The translations under genes were made by a program, and so were the position numbers. From the NCBI GenBank assembly GCA_039914485.1, contig JBDSPC010000085.1:1-47872 (forward strand): a DNA stretch of 47,872 nucleotides, given 5' to 3'. The notes under the pieces are model-generated. The model was given only the letters and a program-made list of their open reading frames with translations. It was not told the origin of the DNA and made no database searches. This stretch comes from Nocardioides sp. (GTDB lineage: Bacteria > Actinomycetota > Actinomycetes > Propionibacteriales > Nocardioidaceae). Positions 1 to 8,972 of the stretch are shown piece after piece (the stretch's first letter is position 1; every line of letters begins with the position of its first letter).

Positions 1-465
1 GGGGAAGTGCTGAAGCAGAGCTCGAAGGCGGGGGCTGCCCTGGCGGCGGGAACGATCGTGACGCTCGTGGTGGCGGCTCCCATGCCGAAGGTGCCGGGCA
101 TCGTGGGTCAAGGAGCCGTTGCCGGCCAAGACGTGCTGCGACAGGCCGGCTTCAAGGTCCGGGTGGTTCAGAAGGTCGTCAGCTCAGGCGGTGACAACAT
201 TGTGCTCGGCCAGTCGCCGGGCGGAGAGCAAGGTGCGGCACCTGGCTCGGTCGTCGAAGTCGTGGTGAGCAACCTGGTCAAGCCGCTTGCTCCGGTCGTG
301 AGCAACTGCACGACTGGCTACAAGCCGTGTCTCGCCCCTGCGCCCGACTACGACTGCGCTGGGGGGTCCGGTGACGGTCCGATGTATGCCAACGGACCGA
401 TCTACGTGACCGGCAGCGACCCGTATGGCCTGGACAGCGAGGGAGACGGCATCGCGTGTGAGTAG
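1..465 (+). CDS. PASTA-domain protein with Cys-rich, Excalibur-like Ca-binding C-terminus (5' end probably outside window)
   Basis: PASTA-like segments (VLKQS..AG..VTLVVA; VPGIVG..LRQAGFKV..VLGQSP..GSVVEVVVS) followed by CxxGYxPC..DYDC..DPYGLDSEGDGIACE; stop TAG at 463-465. Confidence 0.7.
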   Translation, partial: GEVLKQSSKAGAALAAGTIVTLVVAAPMPKVPGIVGQGAVAGQDVLRQAGFKVRVVQKVVSSGGDNIVLGQSPGGEQGAAPGSVVEVVVSNLVKPLAPVVSNCTTGYKPCLAPAPDYDCAGGSGDGPMYANGPIYVTGSDPYGLDSEGDGIACE

Positions 466-473
466 CCCTGGGC

Positions 474-620
474 TCAGTTCCAGATCGCGTCTGCGCACTC
501 CCGGTGGTCGGTGAACGGGTTGCGGTTGCCCTGTCACGTCGAGTGGATGCGGTCGGTGCGGCGCATCTCGAACGTCGTCCTCGGTGTTCTTTTGCATCAG
601 GACCTCGAGGCCGCCGATCA
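474..620 (-). pseudogene. Degenerate copy of the 3' end of the endonuclease I gene (945-1096)
   Basis: Aligns by eye to 945-1096. Reads LIGGLEVLMQKNTED / TFEMRRTDRIHST*QGNRNPFTDHRECADAIWN*, with an 8-bp deletion (acaccggg) and a TGG->TGA stop. Confidence 0.8.
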
Positions 621-749
621 GTCGCCGACCGCGTCCTTGCCCGGGAACGTTCAGCGCTCGGCGGGGAACGGCAGGCCGAGCCGCCGGTGTGGGTGGATCT
701 ACCCACGAGGGCACTTGTCGTCGACCGCGAAGAGGCGCATGGTGGAGTC

Positions 750-938
750 ATGCACGCTCGAGTGGGCGACAGCCTGGTGGCTGAGAGCAACAAGGTCGAC
801 GCACCGTCCCGGCACGGCGAGATCGTCGAGGTCCGTGGTGAGGACGGCGCTCCGCCGTACGTCGTCAGGTGGAGCGACGGACATGAGGGGCTCGTGTATC
901 CGGGGTCCGATGCTCACGTGCTCCCGGCAACGACCTGA
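750..938 (+). CDS. DUF1918-family small protein
   Basis: MHARVGDSLV..RHGEIVEVRGEDGAPPYVVRWSDGHEGLVYPGSDA is the typical DUF1918 pattern; GGAG RBS precedes ATG 750. Confidence 0.85.
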   Translation: MHARVGDSLVAESNKVDAPSRHGEIVEVRGEDGAPPYVVRWSDGHEGLVYPGSDAHVLPATT

Positions 939-944
939 CCTGCG

Positions 945-2093
945 TCACCAGATCGCGTCCGCCCACTCCGGGTGGTCGATGAACGGGTTGCGGTTGCCCT
1001 GCCAGGTCGAGTGGATGCGGTCGTTGCGACGCATCTCGAACGTCGACACCGGGTCCTCGGTGTTCCACTGCATCAGGACCTCGAGGTCGCCGATGAGGGT
1101 CGAGGACGAGCCGACGGTGCTGCTCATCTCGAGGTTGTTGAAGCCGTCGCCACCCTCGTAGCGGATCGCCATGTAGAGCAGCATCCGCGCCACGTCGCCC
1201 TTGACCGCGTCGCGCGGCTCGAACGAGTCCGCGTCGGTCCAGCAGTCGGTGCAGCCCGACACCGCGGAGCCGCCGATGTCGAAGTCCTTGTTACGGCGGG
1301 TGGAGTTGACGGTCACGTCCTCCGGTCGGAGGTGGTGCAGGTCGGTGCCGGGGCCGGCGCTGGTGGTGAACCCGCCGCGGCTCTGTGCCCAGACGTGCTC
1401 GCGGTTCCACTGGCCAGTGCTGCCGCCGTTGTTGCTCTTGGAGATCGAGCGACCGGTGTAGAGCTCGATGACGTTCGCGGTGTTGTTCGGGTCCTGGTCG
1501 GTGTCCTTGAGGGCGGTCCACACCTGGTCGTAGGACAGCGTCGTGTTGCCGTCGATGATGTCGTGCAGCGAGGTGCGCAGCGCCGTACCCGTCTTGCCGA
1601 TGGCGGGCGCGTAATAGGTCGTGTCCCACGGACTCGTGCCACCAGGTGGCGGTTCGGTCGGCCCGCCACTCGCGAGCGCGAACGCGCTCGTGTTCGTCAT
1701 GCCGGGGTGCGAGAAGTACGCCGACAACGCACCCGTCACGTCGATCTGCTTGCCCATGAGGCTGGGGTTGGTCTTCAGGCCCCAGGCGCTGCGGTACGCC
1801 GACGGGATCTGCACGTAGAGCATCTGGGTCGTGCTCGACTGGCTGGCCGAGTCGGCGATCGCGAGGGCGTAGTCGTTGGGGAACGCGGACTTCACGACCG
1901 TGTTGGTCGCGGTCGGCTGGCCGACGACGTAGCCGCGCACGGTCTGCGACGAGCCGGTCTGCTGGCCGATCGCCTGGGTGACGGTGATCGGGGTCGCGGC
2001 CTGCGCGGGTGGCGCGACCGGGGCGAGGACGACGAGGAATGTGCTGATGAGGGCGAGCGCGAGCGAACGCCCCGTCCCGAGATGACGGTTCAT
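945..2093 (-). CDS. Secreted endonuclease I family (Bsn-like) nuclease with N-terminal OB-fold-like accessory domain
   Basis: Signal peptide ending AQA; WNREHVWAQS, DLHHLRP, KGDVARMLLYMAIRY, QGNRNPFIDHPE motifs. Start placed at ATG 2093 inside the longer ORF. Confidence 0.9.
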   Translation of the reverse strand: MNRHLGTGRSLALALISTFLVVLAPVAPPAQAATPITVTQAIGQQTGSSQTVRGYVVGQPTATNTVVKSAFPNDYALAIADSASQSSTTQMLYVQIPSAYRSAWGLKTNPSLMGKQIDVTGALSAYFSHPGMTNTSAFALASGGPTEPPPGGTSPWDTTYYAPAIGKTGTALRTSLHDIIDGNTTLSYDQVWTALKDTDQDPNNTANVIELYTGRSISKSNNGGSTGQWNREHVWAQSRGGFTTSAGPGTDLHHLRPEDVTVNSTRRNKDFDIGGSAVSGCTDCWTDADSFEPRDAVKGDVARMLLYMAIRYEGGDGFNNLEMSSTVGSSSTLIGDLEVLMQWNTEDPVSTFEMRRNDRIHSTWQGNRNPFIDHPEWADAIW

Positions 2094-2250
2094 GTCCGGG
2101 AGCCTGCCGTAGCGACGGGGGTCTGGGAAGGGGTCGCCGAGGTGATCAGTCCAGACGGGCTCGAGCCCTGACCGTTCTCCACAGGCGTGGAATGCCCCGT
2201 TTCGACGGGCACCGCCACCGGGAAGGACCACAGGGACCAGAGGAGGTCCC

Positions 2251-2745
2251 GTGGACGACACGATGTTCCTCGGCCGCATCGAGGTGCGACCGCCGCTCAA
2301 CGAGGCGGAGCGCGACCACCTGGTCGAGCTCGCAGGTTCGAGCTCGACGCTGCGGGGGACGCCGACGGGACGCGGCGACAGCAGCGTGCCGTTCGCCCAT
2401 CTCGCCTGGGAGCCGTGCGAGTCCGGGTGCTGCCTGATCTGGAACGGGACCGAGCGGGCCGAGCACCTGACGGCGTCGCTGCGCTTCGTCGTCGACCACC
2501 TCCTCAGGCCGGGCGCCAAGGTCGCCGGGCACCGTCGCTTCCCCGGGTTCACCTGCGACCACGTCCTCGACGGTGTCGTCGCGGGCACGGGGAGGGGCGG
2601 TCGGGTGTACGTCGCCGAGGTGACCGCCAATCGGGTCGGAGGCGCCTCCAGCCTGCCTGCCTGCGCGCAGGTCGCCACCGGGCCGAGGGGCAAGCCGCGC
2701 CCCAGGCCGGCGAACGTGATCGAGTTCCGCCCGCGCCGGGCATGA
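2251..2745 (+). CDS. Hypothetical protein (WxPCxxGCCL motif), paralog of 11679-12047
   Basis: Strong RBS GAGGAGG before GTG; typical codon bias; motif order shared with the 11679 ORF. Confidence 0.7.
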   Translation: MDDTMFLGRIEVRPPLNEAERDHLVELAGSSSTLRGTPTGRGDSSVPFAHLAWEPCESGCCLIWNGTERAEHLTASLRFVVDHLLRPGAKVAGHRRFPGFTCDHVLDGVVAGTGRGGRVYVAEVTANRVGGASSLPACAQVATGPRGKPRPRPANVIEFRPRRA

Positions 2746-2898
2746 GGTCAGTTGACAGCGACGGTGGTCACGGCGAGCAGGAACGGCAGCAGGGTCAGCC
2801 AGTCGCGCGATCTCGGAGCGGTTGTCGTGGCGGTCATGCCCCGAGTCTGCCTCGGTGGTTCACCAGCGGGTGTGGCGTGTGGGTTAGCGTTGGCCCCG

Positions 2899-3318
2899 AT
2901 GTCAGACGACTACTGCGACCTGTGTGACCTGCCCAAGTCGACGTGCGTGCACGGGATGCCCCCGGCACCCCCGCCGCCCCCGGCCCCCGTCCGGGCGCCG
3001 CGTGCGAGCGCGCCACGCGCTGCGAAGGCGTCGGCACCCGCCGTACCAACGCGTCGGGCCCCGCGGAAGTGGACTCCGCCCGAGGACTTCGCGCCCCACA
3101 TCATCGGCGTGCTCGAGGCGGCCGGCGGCGAGCTCGACACCGACGACGTCTTCACCGCGCTCGAGTCGCGGCTGGCCGACGAGCTGCTCGACGGCGACCG
3201 ACAGCTCACGCCCGAGGGCGAGCTGCGGTGGCGCTATGCCGCCCGGCGGGCCCGGCAGACGATGATCAAGGACGGTGTGATGAGCAAGGGCGCACCCGGA
3301 ATCTGGTCCTTGACCTGA
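2899..3318 (+). CDS. Hypothetical protein: N-terminal CxxC..CxH knuckle, Pro/Ala linker, Mrr_N-like winged-helix C-terminus
   Basis: MSDDYCDLCDLPKSTCVHG; C-terminal IIGVLEAAGGE..RW..ARQTMIKDG..GIWSLT resembles the Mrr N-terminal domain; TAGCGT -10 box 8 nt before ATG 2899. Confidence 0.65.
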   Translation: MSDDYCDLCDLPKSTCVHGMPPAPPPPPAPVRAPRASAPRAAKASAPAVPTRRAPRKWTPPEDFAPHIIGVLEAAGGELDTDDVFTALESRLADELLDGDRQLTPEGELRWRYAARRARQTMIKDGVMSKGAPGIWSLT

Positions 3319-3512
3319 GCCATGGTCAAGCGCCGCGCCGCCGATCGAAGTGCTGGTCCGCACACGGGCTCGTCCCATAGGCTGTCTAGACAATCAAGAT
3401 GGGCTAGTTCTTCAATTCCGCCACGCGGACGCCCCCTGTTCTCTATCTTGAGTTTGCCCTGTGCGGGGCAACCGTCCACGGGCGGCGCGAAGATGAAAGT
3501 CATGGGGTTCAC

Positions 3513-6500
3513 ATGAGCGACCAGAGCCCGTCCAAGGGACGCGACTCCCGACTCGCCGTCTCTGGCTGGCCACTGCGGCGCAAGGTTGCGCTCGCACTGG
3601 CCGTCCCGCTGCTGCTGGCAGCCGCCTTCGGTGGTCTCCGCGTCACCAACGACCTCGAGGTGTCGAGGAACTCATCCGCGAGTGCGGACCAGGTCGACGT
3701 GCTCGAACCGGCGATCGGCTACCTCGTAGCAGGCGAGAAGGGCATGGTCGCTGCCCAGTCCTCCGTCGGCAGCAGCCAGGCCGAGCTCGACGACGCGCTG
3801 GTCGAGATCAGGGCCGCCGCGGCGGAGCTGGAGAAGACGCGCGACACAGCCAACCTCACGTTCGAGCAGCGCCAGCAGGTCGACGTCATCCTCGACCTCA
3901 GCCGGGCCCTGCGCGAGGAGGCGACCGGCCCGGTCAGCCCCGGCACCTGGATCGCCCAGCTGAGGCAGATGCAGTCGGGTGTCACCAAGCTCATCACCGC
4001 GATCATCAACGAGCAGCTCACTCCCGAGCCTCGCCTCGAGCTCCTCTCCCAGACGCTCAGCGGCCGGTTCTCGCTCGCGCAGCAGCAGGCGCTGGCCGCG
4101 AGCGATCGCACGGGTCGCAGCGTCGAGGTTTCTCTCTTCGCCGAGCTCGGCGCCGAGAGCGTGGCCCTCGACCGCCTGGCCGGCCAGCGCGGTGTCCCCG
4201 ACGCATCCATCCAGACCCTGCGCATCAACAACGGTGGGCGCGCCAGGGAGGCAGGCACCGGTGTCGCCAGCCTGGGTGGCGACGATGCCTACGACGAGTA
4301 CGACACGATCCAGACGTCGCTCCTCGACGCGGTCAAGAAGCAGCTCACCGACAACGCATCCACCGCGCAGAGCAGCGCGCTGCTCAACGCGCTGCTCACC
4401 CTGGTCGCTCTGGCCGCGGCCATCGCACTCGCGTTCCTGATCTCCCGCACGCTCGTCAACCCGATCCGCCGGGTGCGCGAGGGCGCGCTCAAGGTGGCCC
4501 AGCAGGACCTGCCGGACGCGGTCGCCCGGATCCGGTCCGGTTCGGAGCCGGGCCCGATCACGCGCATCGACGTGACCACGCACGAGGAGGTCGGGCAGCT
4601 CGCCCGGGCGGTCGACGACCTCCACCAGCAGGCCGTGACCCTGGCCTCCGGCGAGGCCAAGCTGCGTACCCAGGTCGGCGAGATGTTCGTGACGCTCTCG
4701 CGACGCAACACCACGCTGATCAACCAGCAGCTCAACCTCATCGAGGCACTGGAGAGTGACGAAGAGGACCCGAAGCGGCTCGAGAGCCTCTTCCGCCTCG
4801 ACCACCTCGCGGCTCGCATGCGCCGTACGGCGGACTCGCTGCTCATCCTTGCCGACGCGCCCACGCGCTCGGCCGGTTGGGAGTCCGTCTCCATCGGCGA
4901 GACCCTGCAGGCCGCGACCGCTGGTGTGACCGACTACCAGCGGGTGCGGATCGACTCCGACCTCCCGGTCCTGGTCAACGAGGCCGCAGCCGGCGACCTC
5001 GTGCACATGGTCACCGAGATCGTCGACAACTCGTTGTCCTACTCCTCGCCGCACACCAGCGTCGTGCTGGATGCCATCGACACCGACAACGGCGTCACCA
5101 TCAGCGTCTCCGACGCCGGCCTGGGCATCCCGGTCGAGGAGCTCAAGCAGATCAACGAGAACCTGCGCACGGGCGTCGAGGTCACCCCCGACACCGCTCG
5201 CCGCATGGGTCTGTTCGTGGTCAGCCGGCTGGCGCAGCGACACGGCGTCAGCGTGACCCTGAAGGCCAACGCGGGCGACGGCACCACCGCCTACGTCCTG
5301 GTCCCCAACGCGATCCTGCCCTCGCGCGCACACATCGAGCCGGTCCCGGTGGAGGAGGAGGTGCCCGAGGAGGTCGTCGAGGAGACGCAGCTCGAGGACG
5401 CCGCCATCGAGACCGAGGGCCCGTCGGTCGATCTTGTCGAGGAGTCCGACGACTCCGACGACGACACCGAGCTGACCGCGCCGACGCCGTTGCCGGTGCG
5501 CGGTTCGGCCGACCCTGAGGTCGACGCCTCCGACCCGCTCGGCCTCGGCGACTCGCACCTTGCTCCGAGCCTGGGCCTGCCGACCCGTGAGCGGGGCGCG
5601 ACGCTGTCGCACCTCACCGCTGCCGGACTCCAGGTGTCGACCGGCGACGAGACGGCCGAGCCGGAGGAGCCCCGCGAGATCAAGCGGGCCACCGGTGGCA
5701 TGGCTTTGCGTTCGAAGCGGGATCTCACCGCTGCGCCGGCCGTCGTCGCCGTACCCGACCTGCCCAAGGACGACGTCGACGAGGCCGACGAGGCCGTCGT
5801 GGACGAGACGATCGTCGACGAGAGCGTGGTCGACGAGTCGATCTACGAGGACTTCCTTGAGGAGCCGATTGCAGCCGAGGAGCCCGTCGAGGACGAGATC
5901 GCCGACGAGCCGGCGGCAGCCGAGGAGCCCGTCGAGGTCCCCGAGGAGCCGGTCGCTGTCGAGGAGCCCGTCGAGGACGAGATCGTCGAGCCGGCACCCG
6001 AGGCCGTCGTGGTCGAGGTCGAGCCCGAGCCCGAGACGACCCCCGAGTCGCACATCGCGGCGCTGATGGCCAAGATCCGCCCGCAGCGCGGCCGCCTGCC
6101 GATCCCTGACTACGAGGACGTCGACCACGCTGCGATCCTGCAGATGCCGTCGCGTGATCGCGGTGCGCTCGGTGACCCGCTCACCGACCCGCTGCCCCTC
6201 GAGGAGGACGAGGTCGCCGCGGCGGTCGAGGCTCCCGTCGAGGCAGCCGAGGAGTCGTGGGTCGAGACCACCACCGAGGCGCCCGCCGCCCACCTGTTCT
6301 CCGAGTCGGTCTTCGACACCGAGACCGCACCCACCTACTCGGAGGCAATTGCCGAACCGGAACCGGAGCAGCCAGCTCCGTCCCCCGACCACGTCGAGGA
6401 GCCCGCGCTCAACGGTTCAGCCAAGTCGTCGTGGCTCAGCACCGACGAGGAGGATCGGGCCTGGACCTCCACCGAGGTGGAGGCCGGTTGGGCCCGAGCC

Positions 6501-6707
6501 GACACGGTCGCGGAGACTCACGACGAAGCAACCAACGATTCCGGACTCCCGGTACGCCGCCCGGGTGCACGCCTCGTGCCCGGCAGCGTCACCAAGCCCG
6601 TGGGGGCAGCCGGCCGAGACCCCGAAGCCATCCGAGCCCGCCTATCCGCACACAAGGCCGGTGTCCGCCGTGGACGCACTGCCTCCGTGTCTGCCGACGA
6701 CCAGTAA
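3513..6707 (+). CDS. cvnA: Conservon membrane sensor histidine kinase (HAMP + HATPase) with long acidic tail
   Basis: Two TM segments, HAMP (EVGQLARAVDDLH), LFRLDHLAARMRR H-box, EIVDNSLSYS / DAGLGI / MGLFVVSRLA ATPase boxes, C-terminal SGLPVRRPGARLVPG..RDPEAIRARLS typical of CvnA. Confidence 0.9.
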   Translation: MSDQSPSKGRDSRLAVSGWPLRRKVALALAVPLLLAAAFGGLRVTNDLEVSRNSSASADQVDVLEPAIGYLVAGEKGMVAAQSSVGSSQAELDDALVEIRAAAAELEKTRDTANLTFEQRQQVDVILDLSRALREEATGPVSPGTWIAQLRQMQSGVTKLITAIINEQLTPEPRLELLSQTLSGRFSLAQQQALAASDRTGRSVEVSLFAELGAESVALDRLAGQRGVPDASIQTLRINNGGRAREAGTGVASLGGDDAYDEYDTIQTSLLDAVKKQLTDNASTAQSSALLNALLTLVALAAAIALAFLISRTLVNPIRRVREGALKVAQQDLPDAVARIRSGSEPGPITRIDVTTHEEVGQLARAVDDLHQQAVTLASGEAKLRTQVGEMFVTLSRRNTTLINQQLNLIEALESDEEDPKRLESLFRLDHLAARMRRTADSLLILADAPTRSAGWESVSIGETLQAATAGVTDYQRVRIDSDLPVLVNEAAAGDLVHMVTEIVDNSLSYSSPHTSVVLDAIDTDNGVTISVSDAGLGIPVEELKQINENLRTGVEVTPDTARRMGLFVVSRLAQRHGVSVTLKANAGDGTTAYVLVPNAILPSRAHIEPVPVEEEVPEEVVEETQLEDAAIETEGPSVDLVEESDDSDDDTELTAPTPLPVRGSADPEVDASDPLGLGDSHLAPSLGLPTRERGATLSHLTAAGLQVSTGDETAEPEEPREIKRATGGMALRSKRDLTAAPAVVAVPDLPKDDVDEADEAVVDETIVDESVVDESIYEDFLEEPIAAEEPVEDEIADEPAAAEEPVEVPEEPVAVEEPVEDEIVEPAPEAVVVEVEPEPETTPESHIAALMAKIRPQRGRLPIPDYEDVDHAAILQMPSRDRGALGDPLTDPLPLEEDEVAAAVEAPVEAAEESWVETTTEAPAAHLFSESVFDTETAPTYSEAIAEPEPEQPAPSPDHVEEPALNGSAKSSWLSTDEEDRAWTSTEVEAGWARADTVAETHDEATNDSGLPVRRPGARLVPGSVTKPVGAAGRDPEAIRARLSAHKAGVRRGRTASVSADDQ
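5770..6030 (+). repeat. Imperfect coding tandem repeats (VDE / EEPVEDEI) in the cvnA acidic region
   Basis: Identical 25-mer gaggagcccgtcgaggacgagatcg at 5877-5901 and 5961-5985; repeated gtcgacgag units. Confidence 0.75.
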
Positions 6708-6722
6708 GAAAGTAGAAGAGAA

Positions 6723-7142
6723 ATGACCGAGTCCCAAGGCATCTCCGCCACCGACAACAACCTCAACTGGCTGGTGTCTCGCTTCGTCGAGGAGGTGACC
6801 GACGCCGCGCACGCAATCCTGGTGTCGGCCGACGGCCTCCTGATGGCGGAGAGCCAGAGCATCCCCGGCGAGCGCGCCGAGCAGGTGGCGGCCGTCTCAT
6901 CCGGCCTCGCCAGCCTGGCAGTGGGTGCCGCCCGCCTCTTCGACGGCGGGGCTGTGCTCCAGACCGTCGTGGAGATGGAGCACGGCTACCTCATGCTCAT
7001 GAGCGTCGGCGACGGCTCCAACCTCACGGTCCTGACCGAAGAGGACGCCGACATTGGCCAGGTCGGCTACGAGATGGCGCTGCTCGTCGAGCGCGTCGGC
7101 CAGACCGTCCAGGCCGAGGCCCGCGTCAGTTCGTCGAACTGA
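6723..7142 (+). CDS. cvnB: Roadblock/LC7 (MglB-like) protein of conservon
   Basis: [48 protein letters not shown]; second gene of the operon. Confidence 0.92.
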   Translation: MTESQGISATDNNLNWLVSRFVEEVTDAAHAILVSADGLLMAESQSIPGERAEQVAAVSSGLASLAVGAARLFDGGAVLQTVVEMEHGYLMLMSVGDGSNLTVLTEEDADIGQVGYEMALLVERVGQTVQAEARVSSSN

Positions 7143-7155
7143 GGCGTGACCGGTC

Positions 7156-7527
7156 GTGGCAGTTGAGTCAGACGGCGAGGAGGAAGCGGTCAGCAGACCC
7201 CGCTTCGTCCGGCCGTACACCATCACCTCAGGGCGGACCCACGCGACCGTGGACCTGCCCATGGAGGCGACCCTGCGGCTCGAGCCCGGGGACGACGGCA
7301 CGTCTGTGAGCGCTGCCGCGCTCGCGGTGCTCGAGGTGTGTGACCGTCGCTCCGTCGCCGAATGCGCGGCCCTCGTCAAGATGCCCATCGGCGTCGTACG
7401 CGTCCTGCTCAGCGACCTCGTTGAGCACGGCTACATCCGCGTACAAGCAACCATCACCGAGAACTCGTCCAAGGACGAGCGGATAGAGCTCATCGAAAGG
7501 ACCCTCCGTGGACTCCGCACCTACTAG
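7156..7527 (+). CDS. cvnC: DUF742 protein of conservon
   Basis: VRPYTITSGRT, SVAECAA..PIGVVRVLLSDL, LIERTLRGLR. Confidence 0.9.
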   Translation: MAVESDGEEEAVSRPRFVRPYTITSGRTHATVDLPMEATLRLEPGDDGTSVSAAALAVLEVCDRRSVAECAALVKMPIGVVRVLLSDLVEHGYIRVQATITENSSKDERIELIERTLRGLRTY

Positions 7528-8101
7528 CCCCCCGCGTAAGGCTGCGTCGACCAAGATCGTCATCGCCGGCGGATTTGGCGTCGGCAAGACAACCCTGGTC
7601 GGCGCCGTCTCGGAGATCCAGCCGCTGCGCACCGAGGCGCTCGTCACCAACGAGTCCGAGGGCGTCGACAACCTGGACGCAGTGCCCTCCAAGGCGACCA
7701 CGACCGTCGCCATGGACTTCGGCCGCCTGACGCTGGGCGAGGACCTGATCCTCTACCTCTTCGGCACGCCCGGTCAGCGCCGGTTCTGGTTCATGTGGGA
7801 CGACCTGTGCCTCGGCGCGATCGGTGCCATCGTCATCGTCGACACGGAGCGTCTTGACGAGTCCTTCTCGCCGTTGGACTACTTCGAGGCCAAGGGACTG
7901 CCGTTCATCGTGGCGGTCAACCAGTTCCAGGGCAAGGAGCAGTACACCCTCGACCAGGTGAAGGCTGCCCTCGCGCTGCCCCCCGAGGTGCCGATCATCT
8001 CGATCGACGCCCGGGACCGCGACTCCGCCAAGGCCGCGCTCATCCGCGTCACGGAGTACGCCCTCGAGCACCTCACCCGGACGCTGGCAGGTGCCAGCTG
8101 A
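7508..8101 (+). CDS. cvnD: Small Ras-like ATP/GTP-binding protein of conservon
   Basis: KIVIAGGFGVGKTT P-loop, TTTVAMDFG, LYLFGTPGQRRFWFMWDDL, VAVNQF, DAR. Confidence 0.93.
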   Translation: MDSAPTSPPRKAASTKIVIAGGFGVGKTTLVGAVSEIQPLRTEALVTNESEGVDNLDAVPSKATTTVAMDFGRLTLGEDLILYLFGTPGQRRFWFMWDDLCLGAIGAIVIVDTERLDESFSPLDYFEAKGLPFIVAVNQFQGKEQYTLDQVKAALALPPEVPIISIDARDRDSAKAALIRVTEYALEHLTRTLAGAS

Positions 8102-8913
8102 TGCGCACTTCTCGTACGGCGGTGGCGCGGGTCGCCATCGCTTCGATGGCGATCCTCGCGCTGGCCGCGTGCAGCTCCGCCGAGGGCTCGACCGCGAGCA
8201 CCGCTCCCGACCCGAGCCTGATCCGGGAGAGCACGCTGACCGTGTGCACGTCCTACCCCTATGAGCCGTTCGAGTTCGAGCAGGACGGCGAGGTGGTCGG
8301 CTTCGACATCGACCTCGTCAGCGAGGTGGCCGACGAGCTGGGCGTCGACGTGAGCTACGTCAACGAGGACTTCGAGGACATCGAGTCGGGCAAGCTGCTC
8401 AACGCCAACTTCTGTGATCTCGGAGTCGCTGCGGTCTCGATCGATGGTGACCGGGCCCGGGTGGTCGACTTCTCCAGCCCGTACTTCAACGCCGCGCAGG
8501 TGATGGTGGTGCAGAAGGGCAGCGGGATCAACTCGCTCACGGACCTCGCGGGTGGAAATGTCGCCGTACAAGCTGGCACGACGGGTGAGACCTATGCCGA
8601 GGACCACGCGCCGACCAACACGCAGGTCGTGAAGTACAAGAACGTCGAGGACGTCGACTCGGCGCTCAGCGGTGGCACCGTCGATGCCGGAATCTACGAC
8701 AACAACATCGTCAAGGGCGCGATCGAACGGCACCCGAACTTCCAGGTCGTGGCGGAGTTCGACACCGGTGAGCAGTACGGCATGGCCGTCAAGAAGGACG
8801 GCAACGTCGACTTGCTGCGCGTCGTCAACCAGGTCCTCGCCGATCTCCAGGAGAGCGGCCGCTACGAAGAGATCTACGAGAAGTGGTTCGGCAAGGTCAA
8901 GGACAACAGCTGA
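8101..8913 (+). CDS. Polar amino-acid-type ABC substrate-binding lipoprotein (orphan)
   Basis: Lipobox LAAC; YEPFEF..VVGFDIDL, VDFSSPYF, QAGTTG, EQYGMAVKK; TGATG overlap with cvnD. Confidence 0.9.
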   Translation: MRTSRTAVARVAIASMAILALAACSSAEGSTASTAPDPSLIRESTLTVCTSYPYEPFEFEQDGEVVGFDIDLVSEVADELGVDVSYVNEDFEDIESGKLLNANFCDLGVAAVSIDGDRARVVDFSSPYFNAAQVMVVQKGSGINSLTDLAGGNVAVQAGTTGETYAEDHAPTNTQVVKYKNVEDVDSALSGGTVDAGIYDNNIVKGAIERHPNFQVVAEFDTGEQYGMAVKKDGNVDLLRVVNQVLADLQESGRYEEIYEKWFGKVKDNS

Positions 8914-8972
8914 CCTCGTGACCTCGCTCGACAGATCGGCCCGTCGCCTCGTGCGGCGGGCCGATTCGCATG

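Noticed and set aside
3672-6392. 906-aa minus-strand ORF, and similar long antisense ORFs (30399-32213, 34075-35514, 22902-24329, 24988-26310)
   Set aside because: Shadow frames of well-supported genes on the opposite strand, expected in high-GC DNA; no recognisable motifs.
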